From: Podospora anserina
Lineage: Eukaryota
Length of the DNA: 64,000 nucleotides
Assembly (NCBI GenBank): GCA_017654855.1
Contig: CM030338.1
Location: forward strand, 2,666,001 to 2,730,000
Direction of reading: 5' to 3'
The position numbers and the translations under genes were made by a program. Shown piece by piece: positions 25,800-36,366 of the stretch (positions are counted from its first letter, which is position 1; each line of letters begins with the position of its first letter). The notes beneath the pieces are model-generated. The model was not told the origin of the DNA. It saw nothing but the letters and a program-made list of their open reading frames with translations, and made no database searches.

Positions 25800-27551
25800 C
25801 TAATTCTTCTCCGCCACCACCCCATCAACCCCCATCACCTCCCTCCCCTCCTCGCCAGCAGCCTCCTCCCTACACCTCGAGCACATGCACCACCCTCCCA
25901 AACTCCCCCTGGCCCACTCCCTCCTCTCCTTAACAGGCAGCTCCACATCGCAGTAATGATTCAAGATCTCCTCTCCCTTCTTCACCCCTCCTTCCCTCCC
26001 CCCAACAACCCTCTTGTCCCTCGCCCAAAGCTTCATCTTGCCCCCCCACTCCCAGCTCACATTCGGATCGCAGTCGTGGTTAGCCAGGCACCAAAAGGGA
26101 TGAACCGCCGCCACGTCCGGCCTCCCGTCCCTGCGCCCGTCCTGGTAGTTTTTGCGCGCAGAGGCCGTGCCGCGGAACTTGGCGTAGCAGGTGTTGAAAA
26201 CCCAAATGTCGTGCTGGCCGAGCGTGGCATAAATGTCTATATCCATCTTCTCGAGTATGTGAAGCGGAATCTCGATGTTGTACTCGAACGAAAAAGGCAG
26301 GGTCCACTCCGGGGGCGGCTCGGCGTTGATGCTGCGGTCGATCTCGTTGAGCTCCGAGGGGACAAAGTCGCCCCAGATGAACTTTATCGAGGGCACGTCC
26401 AGGGGGTGCATCTCTTGGTGTGTCGACATCGCCAGGAGGCGGGCGAGCAGCAAGAGGTAGAGGGACTGGTCAATGTCCTTGTTGTCGGGGTCTTTGGCGA
26501 TCGAGTCCACGTCCGTGTCGCACACGGCGGGGTGGTATTGCTCTTGGGCCTTGGTGAAGCAAAAGTCGTCGCAAAAGATGGTGTCGTAGCACTCCGGGCA
26601 GCTGACCGCCTTGGAGTGTTGGTCGAGGGGCGGGAGGGCCGTCCCGCAGGCGTCGCAGGTGGATTCCTTGTGTCGGTTGTTGGCTGTGAGGAGAGAATAC
26701 TCTTCCAGCACCGTCTCACCCGGGGCGATGTCCTCTTTGGCAAAGAGGCCGAGCTGATTACACGTCGGTATCACGTCGTGGCCGTCCGTGTTGCTCTCGT
26801 CATCGAGGAGGACGGGGAGTTTAGACACGCGGACCTCGCACTTTGGAGCCATGGTCGACAGCTGCTTGTTGAGGTGGGCCAGCGACTCGGCCGAGAAGCG
26901 GTCCGGTTCGTGGGTGTTCCATGGGTAGACTTCACGGCGGACGACACCGCGGTCGGGGAGGCTGTTGATGTCGATGGGGGCGTCTGACTCTTTGCGTAGT
27001 CTGCGGCGGCCGACTTGCTCGATGTAGCCCTTGATCTCGATGAGCTCTCTGTTGTTCGGGGCCGTGTTCAGGCCTCTCTCGCAGAATCTGAGCGCGCTTT
27101 TTAGGCTCCCGCAGAGAAGCAGGCTCAAGGACAGGATCTGGTAGGCGCGGACAGAACCGAGGCGGGCCAGGAGCTGACAGGGACCGACTCCCTCCAGCCC
27201 TTCCATAACATCCTCGCCAGCGGTGCCGTCTGATATCCCTTCCGTAAGGGAGCCATGGTCAAGGACCACAGGGCAAGGCGTTGTTGAGTAGCCCTTGAGT
27301 GCTTCCAAGGCCTGCTCGTGGTACTCGAAGCTCTCATCGCGGACCTCGTCGGCCAGGAGAAGAGCACGGTAGGCGTCACCAGCAGCGAGGTCCGGGTAGG
27401 CGAGGTCAGAGTGGACCACGGCTCGCTCCAGGTAGAGGATCAGGTCGTAGGGAGAAGCAGACAGAGAGTCTGTCAGCTGCTGACGACGCTCCAGGAGGTG
27501 CTCCCTACAAGGGTCCTTCTCGTCGGGCACGGACGGTGACGGAGCCTCCAT
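25800..27551 (-). CDS. TPR-like + MYND-like/SET-domain protein lysine methyltransferase (SMYD-like)
   Basis: Single-exon 583 aa. GLFAKEDIAPGETVLEE; Cys cluster CDAC..CPEC..FCDDFC..HPAVC; NHDCDPNV; GEEILNHY; post-SET CMCSRC. Confidence 0.88.
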   Translation of the reverse strand: MEAPSPSVPDEKDPCREHLLERRQQLTDSLSASPYDLILYLERAVVHSDLAYPDLAAGDAYRALLLADEVRDESFEYHEQALEALKGYSTTPCPVVLDHGSLTEGISDGTAGEDVMEGLEGVGPCQLLARLGSVRAYQILSLSLLLCGSLKSALRFCERGLNTAPNNRELIEIKGYIEQVGRRRLRKESDAPIDINSLPDRGVVRREVYPWNTHEPDRFSAESLAHLNKQLSTMAPKCEVRVSKLPVLLDDESNTDGHDVIPTCNQLGLFAKEDIAPGETVLEEYSLLTANNRHKESTCDACGTALPPLDQHSKAVSCPECYDTIFCDDFCFTKAQEQYHPAVCDTDVDSIAKDPDNKDIDQSLYLLLLARLLAMSTHQEMHPLDVPSIKFIWGDFVPSELNEIDRSINAEPPPEWTLPFSFEYNIEIPLHILEKMDIDIYATLGQHDIWVFNTCYAKFRGTASARKNYQDGRRDGRPDVAAVHPFWCLANHDCDPNVSWEWGGKMKLWARDKRVVGGREGGVKKGEEILNHYCDVELPVKERREWARGSLGGWCMCSRCREEAAGEEGREVMGVDGVVAEKN

Positions 27552-29341
27552 GGTCGATCAGGTAGATCAGACTAGGTAGGGGGGTGTGTTGAATTCCAAG
27601 GACCAAGTCGGATAGAAGAGCAACGAAAACAAAAGAGAAGAATAGACCGGTCTAGACGGGGAGGAAGCCAAGGGAAAGAAAGCACAACAGGTTTCGGGTT
27701 CTGGCTTGGTCGGGTACCTTGCATATATATGTCTGCGCCAGACGCTACAGACAGGGACTATCTGTTGTAAGGTGCCCCTGTCGCTTGTCGTGGAATTTTT
27801 TTGTTCCTGGGTGAGGAGCTGACGGGGACAGGCGGAGAGGTTGGACCCGTCTTTTTTGGTCGAGAGTCGACCACGATGACCTCTCTTTTTGCAGCTAGCC
27901 TCGACGGTAGATATCGGTAGGGGGGTGTCTTTCCCGCTTGAAGTTCAAGCGGCGCGGGCGGACGTCGGCTCGGGTCGCTGCCCTAATAGCGACCCTAAGA
28001 AACAAGCTGGGATTTCCTAGTTTGTCGTTGCCAAAGCCAAAATTGACGTGCCCTGGCTTTGCGAGCCCCGCCAAGAACGAACGAGCGAAGGTGGTTAGAC
28101 GGCTGTGACTGGAGAACTGGGGGAGCCCAAGCAGCAGACGCAGGGCTACCGGGTTGCAAGACCTTGATTTTGGTACAATCGACGGGGCTCCCATCTTGCT
28201 TTGATTGACCCAAGTAACGCCGGGCGTCTGCATACTGATGCTCTCACAGCCCACGCCGCCTCGCACACCTCCATCACAGGGGCCGTTGCAAATGCTCCGG
28301 AAGACAGGAGGCGCTAACCCCCATCCAGCGCCCTCGCACCAAAAAAGCCGGCCGATGAGAGCCCCCAGTACAGGAGTGCCGTCATCGCACTGCTCTCTTT
28401 GGTGTTTGATGGGGGAGCCGTAAATCCCGAAAATAATCCTATCCTTGCCCACAGCCCGCTGCCAGCTGGACCCTTCTTCCAGAGGGGGGATATCACAATG
28501 TAAGGCAGTAGCGTACATACCTAGCGGTACCTGAACATCTGTATCTCAGAGGTACCTGGAGGTACTGCTCTTGATATGACGATCAGATATGGCATCTTCC
28601 AGCTTCCGAGACACGTCAGCCTTGTTGGGGGGAAGACATCACGCGCACACCTGCATCGACAAGATACGATAGACAAGATATGTCTTGAGGGGGAGGGGGT
28701 TATTGGAGCGGTGTTGGGAGCTGAGATGGGCCCGTGGGAAAGATGGCAGGTCGTGACAAGGTCGAGATTCAACCGACCGAGACCCTGGCTCCACCTAGAC
28801 CCCTGTGAGATGCGGTTAAAACAGGGTTCACACCCACCAAAAACCCGCGGGCGTTCGGGTTCCCTGAGATTCAGGGTCCTGCCCCAAATGATGGCTTGCA
28901 TATTCGCTGTGGCAGCTGGCCCGTCTTAGCTCCCTGGCACCCATTGGCGTACCCCATGCCACAGTCTGGACCTACGTCATAGCCAGCCTCCAACAACCCC
29001 CCCCAATGCACGCCAGACCAAATTCCAGGTTCCAGCTCTCGTCCAAGGGGGAGTCTGGCGGTCTCCTGATTGCGGCGACGGGTTGCGTGTCCTTGCGGCT
29101 CGTCCCTACACCTTACACCATAAGTGACCACCTCGCACCTCGTCCCTTTTGCCTCCCGGCATCGTTTCCGCCGTTTGGAACCGAGCGGCCACAGCATCGC
29201 ATCTGTGTCACCTAGATCACCCAGCTCAAACACAAGTGTCTGGAAAAGAACACGCCGTAAATCTATTGGTTGCTTGCTGTCTGCTTGTGCGAGCTGTCCT
29301 GTCTATCACCTAGGAAACCCCGTCATGGGCCCGGAACAACC

Positions 29342-30453
29342 TCACTGCTTCCTCGCGACAAGCCCAATGTCGCTCAGTTTGTCCACATAGAATGCTGGCA
29401 CCGCAACCGCATCCGCTGCCTCCCAGTGTTCCTTCTGACTTACGCCCGTTAGGACTGCCAGCGTGCCACCGAGCTTCCCCTCGATTCCGAACTTGATGTC
29501 GGTGTCAAGACGATCCCCAACCATGCATGTGCGTTCACGATCGAATTGGAACTTGCCCTCGACAGCATCCATCATGGCTTGGCTAGGCTTCCCGAGCGCC
29601 ACCGGCTTCTGGCCCGTTGAATACACGAGAGGCATGCTCATCGAGCCTGCACCGGGGAAGAAGCCGTGGCTCATCGGGAAGGTCGAATCCACGTTGGTCG
29701 CCAAGAAGATGGCACCCCGCCTCAGATACTGGAGCGCATGCGAGAGCTTGAGGTAGTTGATGTGAAAGTCCAAACCGACGAGCACGCATCCCACCTCGGG
29801 GTCCAACAGAGAACCATCAGCGAGACCTTTGAAGTCTTCAGGGGTGACATCCCTTCGGAAGGCAGGGTCAGTGCCGCCAATGAAGGGTACATTTTCGCTC
29901 CTCAGCTCATGCTCGATGCCGGCCTCTCCAATGACAAAAACCTTGTTTTTGGGCGGCGCGAGCTTGAGGATTCTGGAGATGTAAACCGAGGCGGAATATG
30001 CCGAACCGAATATCTCCTCCACGTCAGACGGAATTCCTAAGCCCGTGAACTTTTTGAGGTATTCTTGGCGAGATTTTGTCGAGTTGTTGGTCACAAAGAC
30101 TATCTTTTTGCCTATCAGGGGTTAGCCATCGAGTGGGCCGAAAGCAAGACAGGGCTCTCACCTCTGTATCTCAAGTGTTCCAGAGTTTCCACAACCCCCT
30201 CGAACACATGCTCGCCGGACCAGATGACTCCTGCGGCAAGACTGTTAACGTCAGATCACCATGCGAGCTGCCGAAAGCGAGAGCAACTATACCATCACAG
30301 TCTAGCAAAAACACCTGGTGGGCAATGAGTATGGCAAACAGGCAAGGGGGGGGCGGGGGGGCATGGGAGCTGGTAGTGTCAACGCACATCAAAGCGATCA
30401 ATGAACTCGTTAATGGCGGCCGCATCACCGGTGAGGTATTTTGGCGTCGTCAT
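29342..30453 (-). CDS. PHO13: HAD-IIA p-nitrophenylphosphatase / phosphoglycolate phosphatase; exons 30453-30388, 30314-30293, 30230-30162, 30111-29342
   Basis: Spliced motif I FDVFLLDCDGVIWSG, FVTNNSTKSR, FLATNVD, GKPSQAMM, MVGDRLDTDIKFG, VLTGVS. Three canonical introns. Confidence 0.9.
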
Positions 30454-32531
30454 GGTGCAAGATTCTAAGGCGGAATGAAGAGTATTACCAAGAATGTGGC
30501 TTCAGAGGTAAACGGGCCCGGTATGATTATGTCGACTGAGTCAAGTGGTATTCGCCGATGCGGTGGGTTGAGTGAGGTCTTGGTCAATCTGATTGAAATT
30601 CGGCTATGGGCTTTTTGCGACTCTGCCGCCTCCACGAAGGACCTGTTCCCCCAAGCCCCTTCTCAGCTGGCCGTTGACCATGATTGGCTGCATTGTTGTG
30701 GCGGCAGAAGGAAGCTGTCGTCGGATCAATCTGGACTCGACAGGCATCTTCGGGATTCTGTGACAGCTGCAAAACAGAGTGACGAGATCGACCTGGCTGT
30801 CATCTGATGTCCTTCTGGGCCTTACTTTTGCAGCCCGAGTCCGGCTGAAAAAAGACGACGATACTCCAAAGAATCCCAGATGCTCAGAACAAAATCTGGT
30901 GGAGCTGCTGCCCTAAACACTCAAAAGCGGGACTATGACGCAATGAATTCCACCCAGACCCCCAAAGCTCTCAGCAACCCCGCAGAGTCCACCCCACCCC
31001 CGCTAACTATCAACAACTTCGAGAAGTCTCGACCACAGCCTTCCATCATGTGATGGGAATTGACTTTTTCTTTCACAAAGACAGAGAACCGCCCAGAGCG
31101 CTCGAAATATTCAAAAATCGTTGAACCTCAATCCCAAGTCCTCTTCTGTTCCAGAGCAGTCCTTGTGTTTCCGTGGCCGGTCTTGGCAACTCCAGTGTTT
31201 CCATCAAGAGGCTGCGGAGATAGCTCCGCGAATGGCAAAGATTGACAACCTTTGTCCCCATGCTTATACTCGATCCGAACACAAAATCGTATCATTGTGA
31301 GAGCATATCAGACTTTATGCCCACTGGTGATTGGAGGTGTGGTTAATCCTTATATCGAAACCTCCACCCTGGAGACTCTGATGTGAGGGCTATCAAGGCT
31401 TTTACATGAACGGTCCGTATTACCCGCGTATGCCATAGTTTCGACTGTACACGTATGCTGGCCAGACAGTTGGTCTGGTGCAGTTTATAAACGGTTTTCA
31501 TGGCTAGTTGAAAGCATTGTACGAAGAGGCGTTGAAGTCTTTATATGCATCTGTGCGCATATTTCGGACCTCATCGAAGCTCCTCCGACGAGTGTAGCAT
31601 AGACCATTACCGGCGCATGTCATCGATGAGATCTTGCCAGATCGTCATAAACCCGTCACCCTGGTAAGGATATCGGCTGCCCTGATCGACGGGCCCGTCA
31701 TTCCCAACGGTGTCTACCACGCGCCGGCCGATGCCGAAGTGTATTCGGCACTAGCAACCATCAGCGAGCCATTGTGACGATGTGCCGGATCGAGCTGCCT
31801 GCGCCGCGAGTTGAACCTCATCTCCGGGTCAGGACTGCTTTGTCTGTCGCGCTCCGGTCCTAGTATTTCTAGACGTAATAGACCTGTCCAGACTTTGGGG
31901 GTCGAGCATCTCTTTTCCTGCAAAGTTTAAAAAATCCCGAATTACTCTCTGTTGAGGAGCGATCACTACGGTGTCAAACTCTCGTCACTAACAACTACAG
32001 GCAAAAAGAGGTTCAAACAGGGGTTGCTGAGCCGGACAGGACCAAAAAAGCTCTTCTGCAGCTGCCCCTCACAAACATTTGCTACCCCTCCTGTCCAACA
32101 AAGCCCTCCACGAAAAACGCCCCTCCATTAGAAACCCAGCCACAAAAAATCCCGCGCAAGACAGCCCACCCATCCACACTCAAGATACCGCGTCGTTGGG
32201 AATCTCAGCTCATCTACTACCACACAGACACACCACAGTAAGAACCACAGCATCTTATCGCCCACTCCCGCGTCAAGCTAACCCTCCAACCCCCGAAAAA
32301 GCTCCATCCCCGCACCTCCTCCCCCACGCCTGCTTGTGTGTCTCACAACCGCCAAGAACCCACAACAAATTTCCCAACAACCCCCGTTGAAGACTGGGAA
32401 CATCTTTCTTAGAAAATCACCCTGCCCAAACTGGACTTTTGCTTTGCAACTCATACCTAAACAACCCCGAAGCTGAGGCTATCTCTGGTCCTTATCTATC
32501 TCGGAGCTCTACAATCACCAACACCAACACC

Positions 32532-32563
32532 ACCACAACCACAACCACAACCACAACCACAAC
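32532..32563. repeat. (ACCACA)n microsatellite in 5' leader
   Basis: About 5 tandem units ending about 20 nt before the ATG at 32584. Confidence 0.85.
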
Positions 32564-32583
32564 AACCACACAAAACCGTCAAG

Positions 32584-33372
32584 ATGGCCAAACAAGCGAA
32601 CCTCTACTCGTTCCCCTCAGTCAAGGACAACCTAGCTCCCGCCCTCCGCGCCTACGTCATCTCCTGCCAGGAAGCCGGCCTCGCCCGCCACAGCGTCTTC
32701 AAAGTCGCCGTCTCAGGCGGCTCTCTCCCCAAAACCCTCGCCCAGGCCCTCCTCGCCCCCCCCTCGGGCCCCAACGACGAAGTCAAGTGGGACAAGTGGG
32801 AAATCTTCTTTGCTGACGAGCGCGCCGTCCCCCTCGACCACCAAGACTCGAATTACTTCCTCCTCAAGCAAGAACTGCTTGACAAGCTCCCAGCAGGCAC
32901 CGGCCAGCCGACGGTCCACCCCATCGACACCGAATATCTGGACGACACCCAGGAGCTGGCGGATCAGTACGAGCAAGCCCTCGTCAGGTCTTTTGCCTCG
33001 AGGGACAGCGTCAAGCTTCCGATTTTTGACCTTTTGCTGTTGGGCTGCGGACCGGACGGGCACACGTGCAGCTTGTTTCCCGGGCATGAGCTGCTGAGGG
33101 AGACGAGCGCGTGGGTGGCGCCTATTGAGGATAGTCCCAAGCCGCCTCCGAAGAGGGTCACGCTTACGCTGCCGGTGGTGACGCATGCGGTGAGGATTGC
33201 GTTTGTGGCTACGGGGGGTGGGAAGAAGGAGATTATGAAGCAGATTTTTGAGGAGGGGGCCGGGTTGCCGTGCGCGCTGGTGAATGAGGGCGCGGGGGAG
33301 AGGGCGAGCTGGTTTGTGGATACTGATGCGGTGGAGGGTGTCAGTTATCCTAGGAGGCCTTTCTCTCTTTAA
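32584..33372 (+). CDS. 6-phosphogluconolactonase (Sol1/Sol3 family)
   Basis: AVSGGSLPK, IFFADERAVPLDHQDSNY, FDLLLLGCGPDGHTCSLFPGH, DSPKPPPKRVTLTLPV. Confidence 0.95.
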   Translation: MAKQANLYSFPSVKDNLAPALRAYVISCQEAGLARHSVFKVAVSGGSLPKTLAQALLAPPSGPNDEVKWDKWEIFFADERAVPLDHQDSNYFLLKQELLDKLPAGTGQPTVHPIDTEYLDDTQELADQYEQALVRSFASRDSVKLPIFDLLLLGCGPDGHTCSLFPGHELLRETSAWVAPIEDSPKPPPKRVTLTLPVVTHAVRIAFVATGGGKKEIMKQIFEEGAGLPCALVNEGAGERASWFVDTDAVEGVSYPRRPFSL

Positions 33373-33967
33373 GGGGGACGGAAAAGAAAGAAAAAAAGGA
33401 GGGATGGAAGAGAGATATGAAATGAACAAGCTTTCTTCACTTTGTTGAGGTTATGATTTTTCTCTTTTTTCTTCGTTTACGAAAGGCTTTGTCCTATGAT
33501 TTTTGATATCCCAGAGGGTTTCATTTGTTTGGTGGCTTCGATGTCCTGAATGCGCTTGACTTTTGAGGAGTAGTTTGAGACCAGGACCCTTCTGATACAC
33601 TTAACTGCTCTTAACCACTGCTGATATTTCATCATTTTGGCTTGAAGTGTAGTGGAAACCGTGATCATGTGGTTCTCTTGGCACCGGTTGATTCTGATCA
33701 AACGCTACAGGAGAGCTGAAGAGGTTCACATTCTTGCCCTTCTACTGCAGGTGCTGTACTAAACGAGCCAAAAGCTACGTATGCGCTCTCATTATAGAGC
33801 TTTGTTCATCCTCAAAACAGGCAACCGGTTGATTGTATGTATGATATCCATTGTGTAGGTTAAAAGGAAAAAGGGAGAATCGGCAACCCCCGTCCAACAC
33901 CACATTGTCAGAGACACTCCTAGGCCATATCAATAAATCATTCGTCGCTGGCATCATGAACCGCCCC

Positions 33968-35749
33968 TCAAAAAGCCCTCCAAACCGCCCCCGCCCTCCT
34001 CCTCGTCTCAACCCCCTCATCACCCTCCCTATTAACCCTCCTAACCCACTCCATCTCCTGCTCCCTTACCTCCCTCTCCACAACCTCCATAATCTCAATC
34101 TCTTCCACCATCCCCCCCATCAGGTCTTTCACCCCATTCAGCACCCTCCCCAACTCCCCCGCCTCACCAGCCTCACACCCGTCCAAAACCCCATATAAAT
34201 CCTGGCTAACAGCATGAACCTTCCTGCTTATACTCCCAATCTCCTCCTTCCACTCCCGCCCAATGCCCTCCACCAACCCCCACTCCCCCTTCTCCCTTGC
34301 AACCATCACCTCCTCCGCCTGCCCCAACCACTTCCCAAACCTCGCCACAACCCTCGAATACCTCCCCCCATTCTCCGTCAGCCCCCACACCTTGCCCAGC
34401 ACCTCATCCAAAACCCTCACCCTCCCCTCCAGTCCCTTTCCCCCTCCCCAGTCCAACAACTCTTTCGCCCTGTCATCCTCCCCCCTTCGTCCCTCTAACT
34501 TGACCACCTCCTTTTCTAGCCCAGCCAGCACCTCGAACCTGCCCCGTAACCTTTCATATGCCGACCCCTCCCATTGGAGTTTTGTCTCTTCGGCCGACTG
34601 ATGCAGCAGGGATAGTTGAAGTAATTCGGTTTGTAGCCGTGCTGTCTCTGCTGAGATGGCCAGGTTGGCGGGTAGTTTGCTTGGCGACGGGGGGGCTAAT
34701 ATTTCTCTGGCGGACAGTTTTGGCAGCTGGGGGTTTTTTGAGGGGGAAAAGTGTTGTTGGTGCGTGTTGAATTCTGGTTTTGTCTTTGCCGCCAGCGCAC
34801 CTTGTGGTAGTTTGAGGGATCTGGTTCTGCCAACTCCCGGTGTTGATGGCTGGGTGGAAAGGGAAGGGTGAGATGGGGCGCGTTTGTGAGGAGGAGGAGG
34901 AGGAGGAGGAGGAGGGGCGCGTGTGATGGGGGGTTTGGAACGGTCCGTCGTCGTGGTGGAAGTAGTAGAAGTGGAGGTTTGGGATGTCGATGATGGTGGT
35001 CGGAGGGTTTTACTGCTCGAAAGGGTGGTCACGCTTGATTTTGCGCGTGAGTGGGTGGCGGTGATGGTGGTGGAGGGGGTGCGTTTTGGTGGTGGGATTG
35101 GACCGCCTGATGTTGTCGGCCTGCGCGAGGTTGATTCGGTGACTGTCTGGCGGCGGGATAGAGGTGTTGGCGGCTGCTGCTCTGCCGCGATGGTAGTAGT
35201 CGTCCCCGTCCCCGTCCCCGTCCCCGTCCCCGTCTCCGTCCGTCTAGGAGGCGCAATACCCGACCCCTCTGGAGAAGCTGCTGACTTGGCGGAGGAGGCA
35301 CCGGGAAACTGCCGTGTCGACGCCGCCCTCGTAAGCCGTGTCGTCCCGGGTATATCCCCATTCCCCGCCGAAGCAGAAGAAACCGAAACCTGCCTCGTCG
35401 ACGGCGCCCTCCCCAATCTCGATGAGTCTGGGTTGGTAGAAGAAGAAGAAGAAGAAGCAGAAGAAACCTGCCCCGCCCCCGTCCCCGTCGTCGTCGTCGT
35501 CGTCGTCGTCCTTCCACCACCACCACCACCACCAAAAACTCCAGACAAGGGTCTATTACCCCTTGCAACCCCCGCCGCCCGCCTAAGTGTACGCTCAGAT
35601 ACCGTTCCCGTTCCCGTTGAAGATGCCCCCCTGATCGGCAATTGACTTTCGCTCCCGAGCCCCCCCTTGTTGTGATGCTCATCCACCGTAGTCGGCTTCC
35701 TCAAACTCCTCGCGCGACCAGGCAGCGCGCTGTTCTGTGTGGACGGCAT
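33968..35749 (-). CDS. Hypothetical protein: basic Ser/Thr/Arg-rich disordered N-terminus with a coiled-coil C-terminus
   Basis: Long open frame, first ATG at 35749 (MPSTQNS). Ordered C-terminal block KPEFNTHQQHFSP...ETARLQTELLQLSLLH with heptad-rich helices. Confidence 0.8.
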   Translation of the reverse strand: MPSTQNSALPGRARSLRKPTTVDEHHNKGGLGSESQLPIRGASSTGTGTVSERTLRRAAGVARGNRPLSGVFGGGGGGGRTTTTTTTTGTGAGQVSSASSSSSSTNPDSSRLGRAPSTRQVSVSSASAGNGDIPGTTRLTRAASTRQFPGASSAKSAASPEGSGIAPPRRTETGTGTGTGTGTTTTIAAEQQPPTPLSRRQTVTESTSRRPTTSGGPIPPPKRTPSTTITATHSRAKSSVTTLSSSKTLRPPSSTSQTSTSTTSTTTTDRSKPPITRAPPPPPPPPPHKRAPSHPSLSTQPSTPGVGRTRSLKLPQGALAAKTKPEFNTHQQHFSPSKNPQLPKLSAREILAPPSPSKLPANLAISAETARLQTELLQLSLLHQSAEETKLQWEGSAYERLRGRFEVLAGLEKEVVKLEGRRGEDDRAKELLDWGGGKGLEGRVRVLDEVLGKVWGLTENGGRYSRVVARFGKWLGQAEEVMVAREKGEWGLVEGIGREWKEEIGSISRKVHAVSQDLYGVLDGCEAGEAGELGRVLNGVKDLMGGMVEEIEIMEVVEREVREQEMEWVRRVNREGDEGVETRRRAGAVWRAF

Positions 35750-36366
35750 GATGATATCGCCACAATATTTCACGCCGTAAAATTTAGGTGTCAAAAATAC
35801 CACAAACCCAAACCCAAACCCAAACACACACACGCCGACTTTTGTTGTTGTTTGTTGTCTTGGCGATCGAGGCTGAATGGAGTGATTGGCCCCTGTATTG
35901 ACAGCTAGCTCCAACAGCCCTGTGCCACCCTAGCTGGGGAAAAGAAAGTGGGGCGCCTTGCAACGTCACCTCCCATCTCACCTTGAGCAAACATCACAAC
36001 CTCACAGTCACCATTTCCAAGTAGGTAGTCTCAGATGAACATCCAACTCAATCTCATTAACCTTCCCACACCTCCAATACTCTGACCCAAAGACCCCCAC
36101 AAACTAATTGTACACGGTATCAAAAATATACAACTTCCACAACCCAAAGCCCTCCTCCAGTAAATGATCAAAACTCGACGTTCCGTCCATCACATCTGAC
36201 CCCTTCCCCCCCCCCAAAACCAACTAACAACCAACCAACCAACCAACTGAAAAAGTGAAAATTCATCTCCCCCTCCTCTAAAAATCTCCTCATTATTATT
36301 CCCCAAAATCACACCCCCATCTACTCATAAATCTTCAAAATTTATCCCGCCGTATAATCCCCAACC

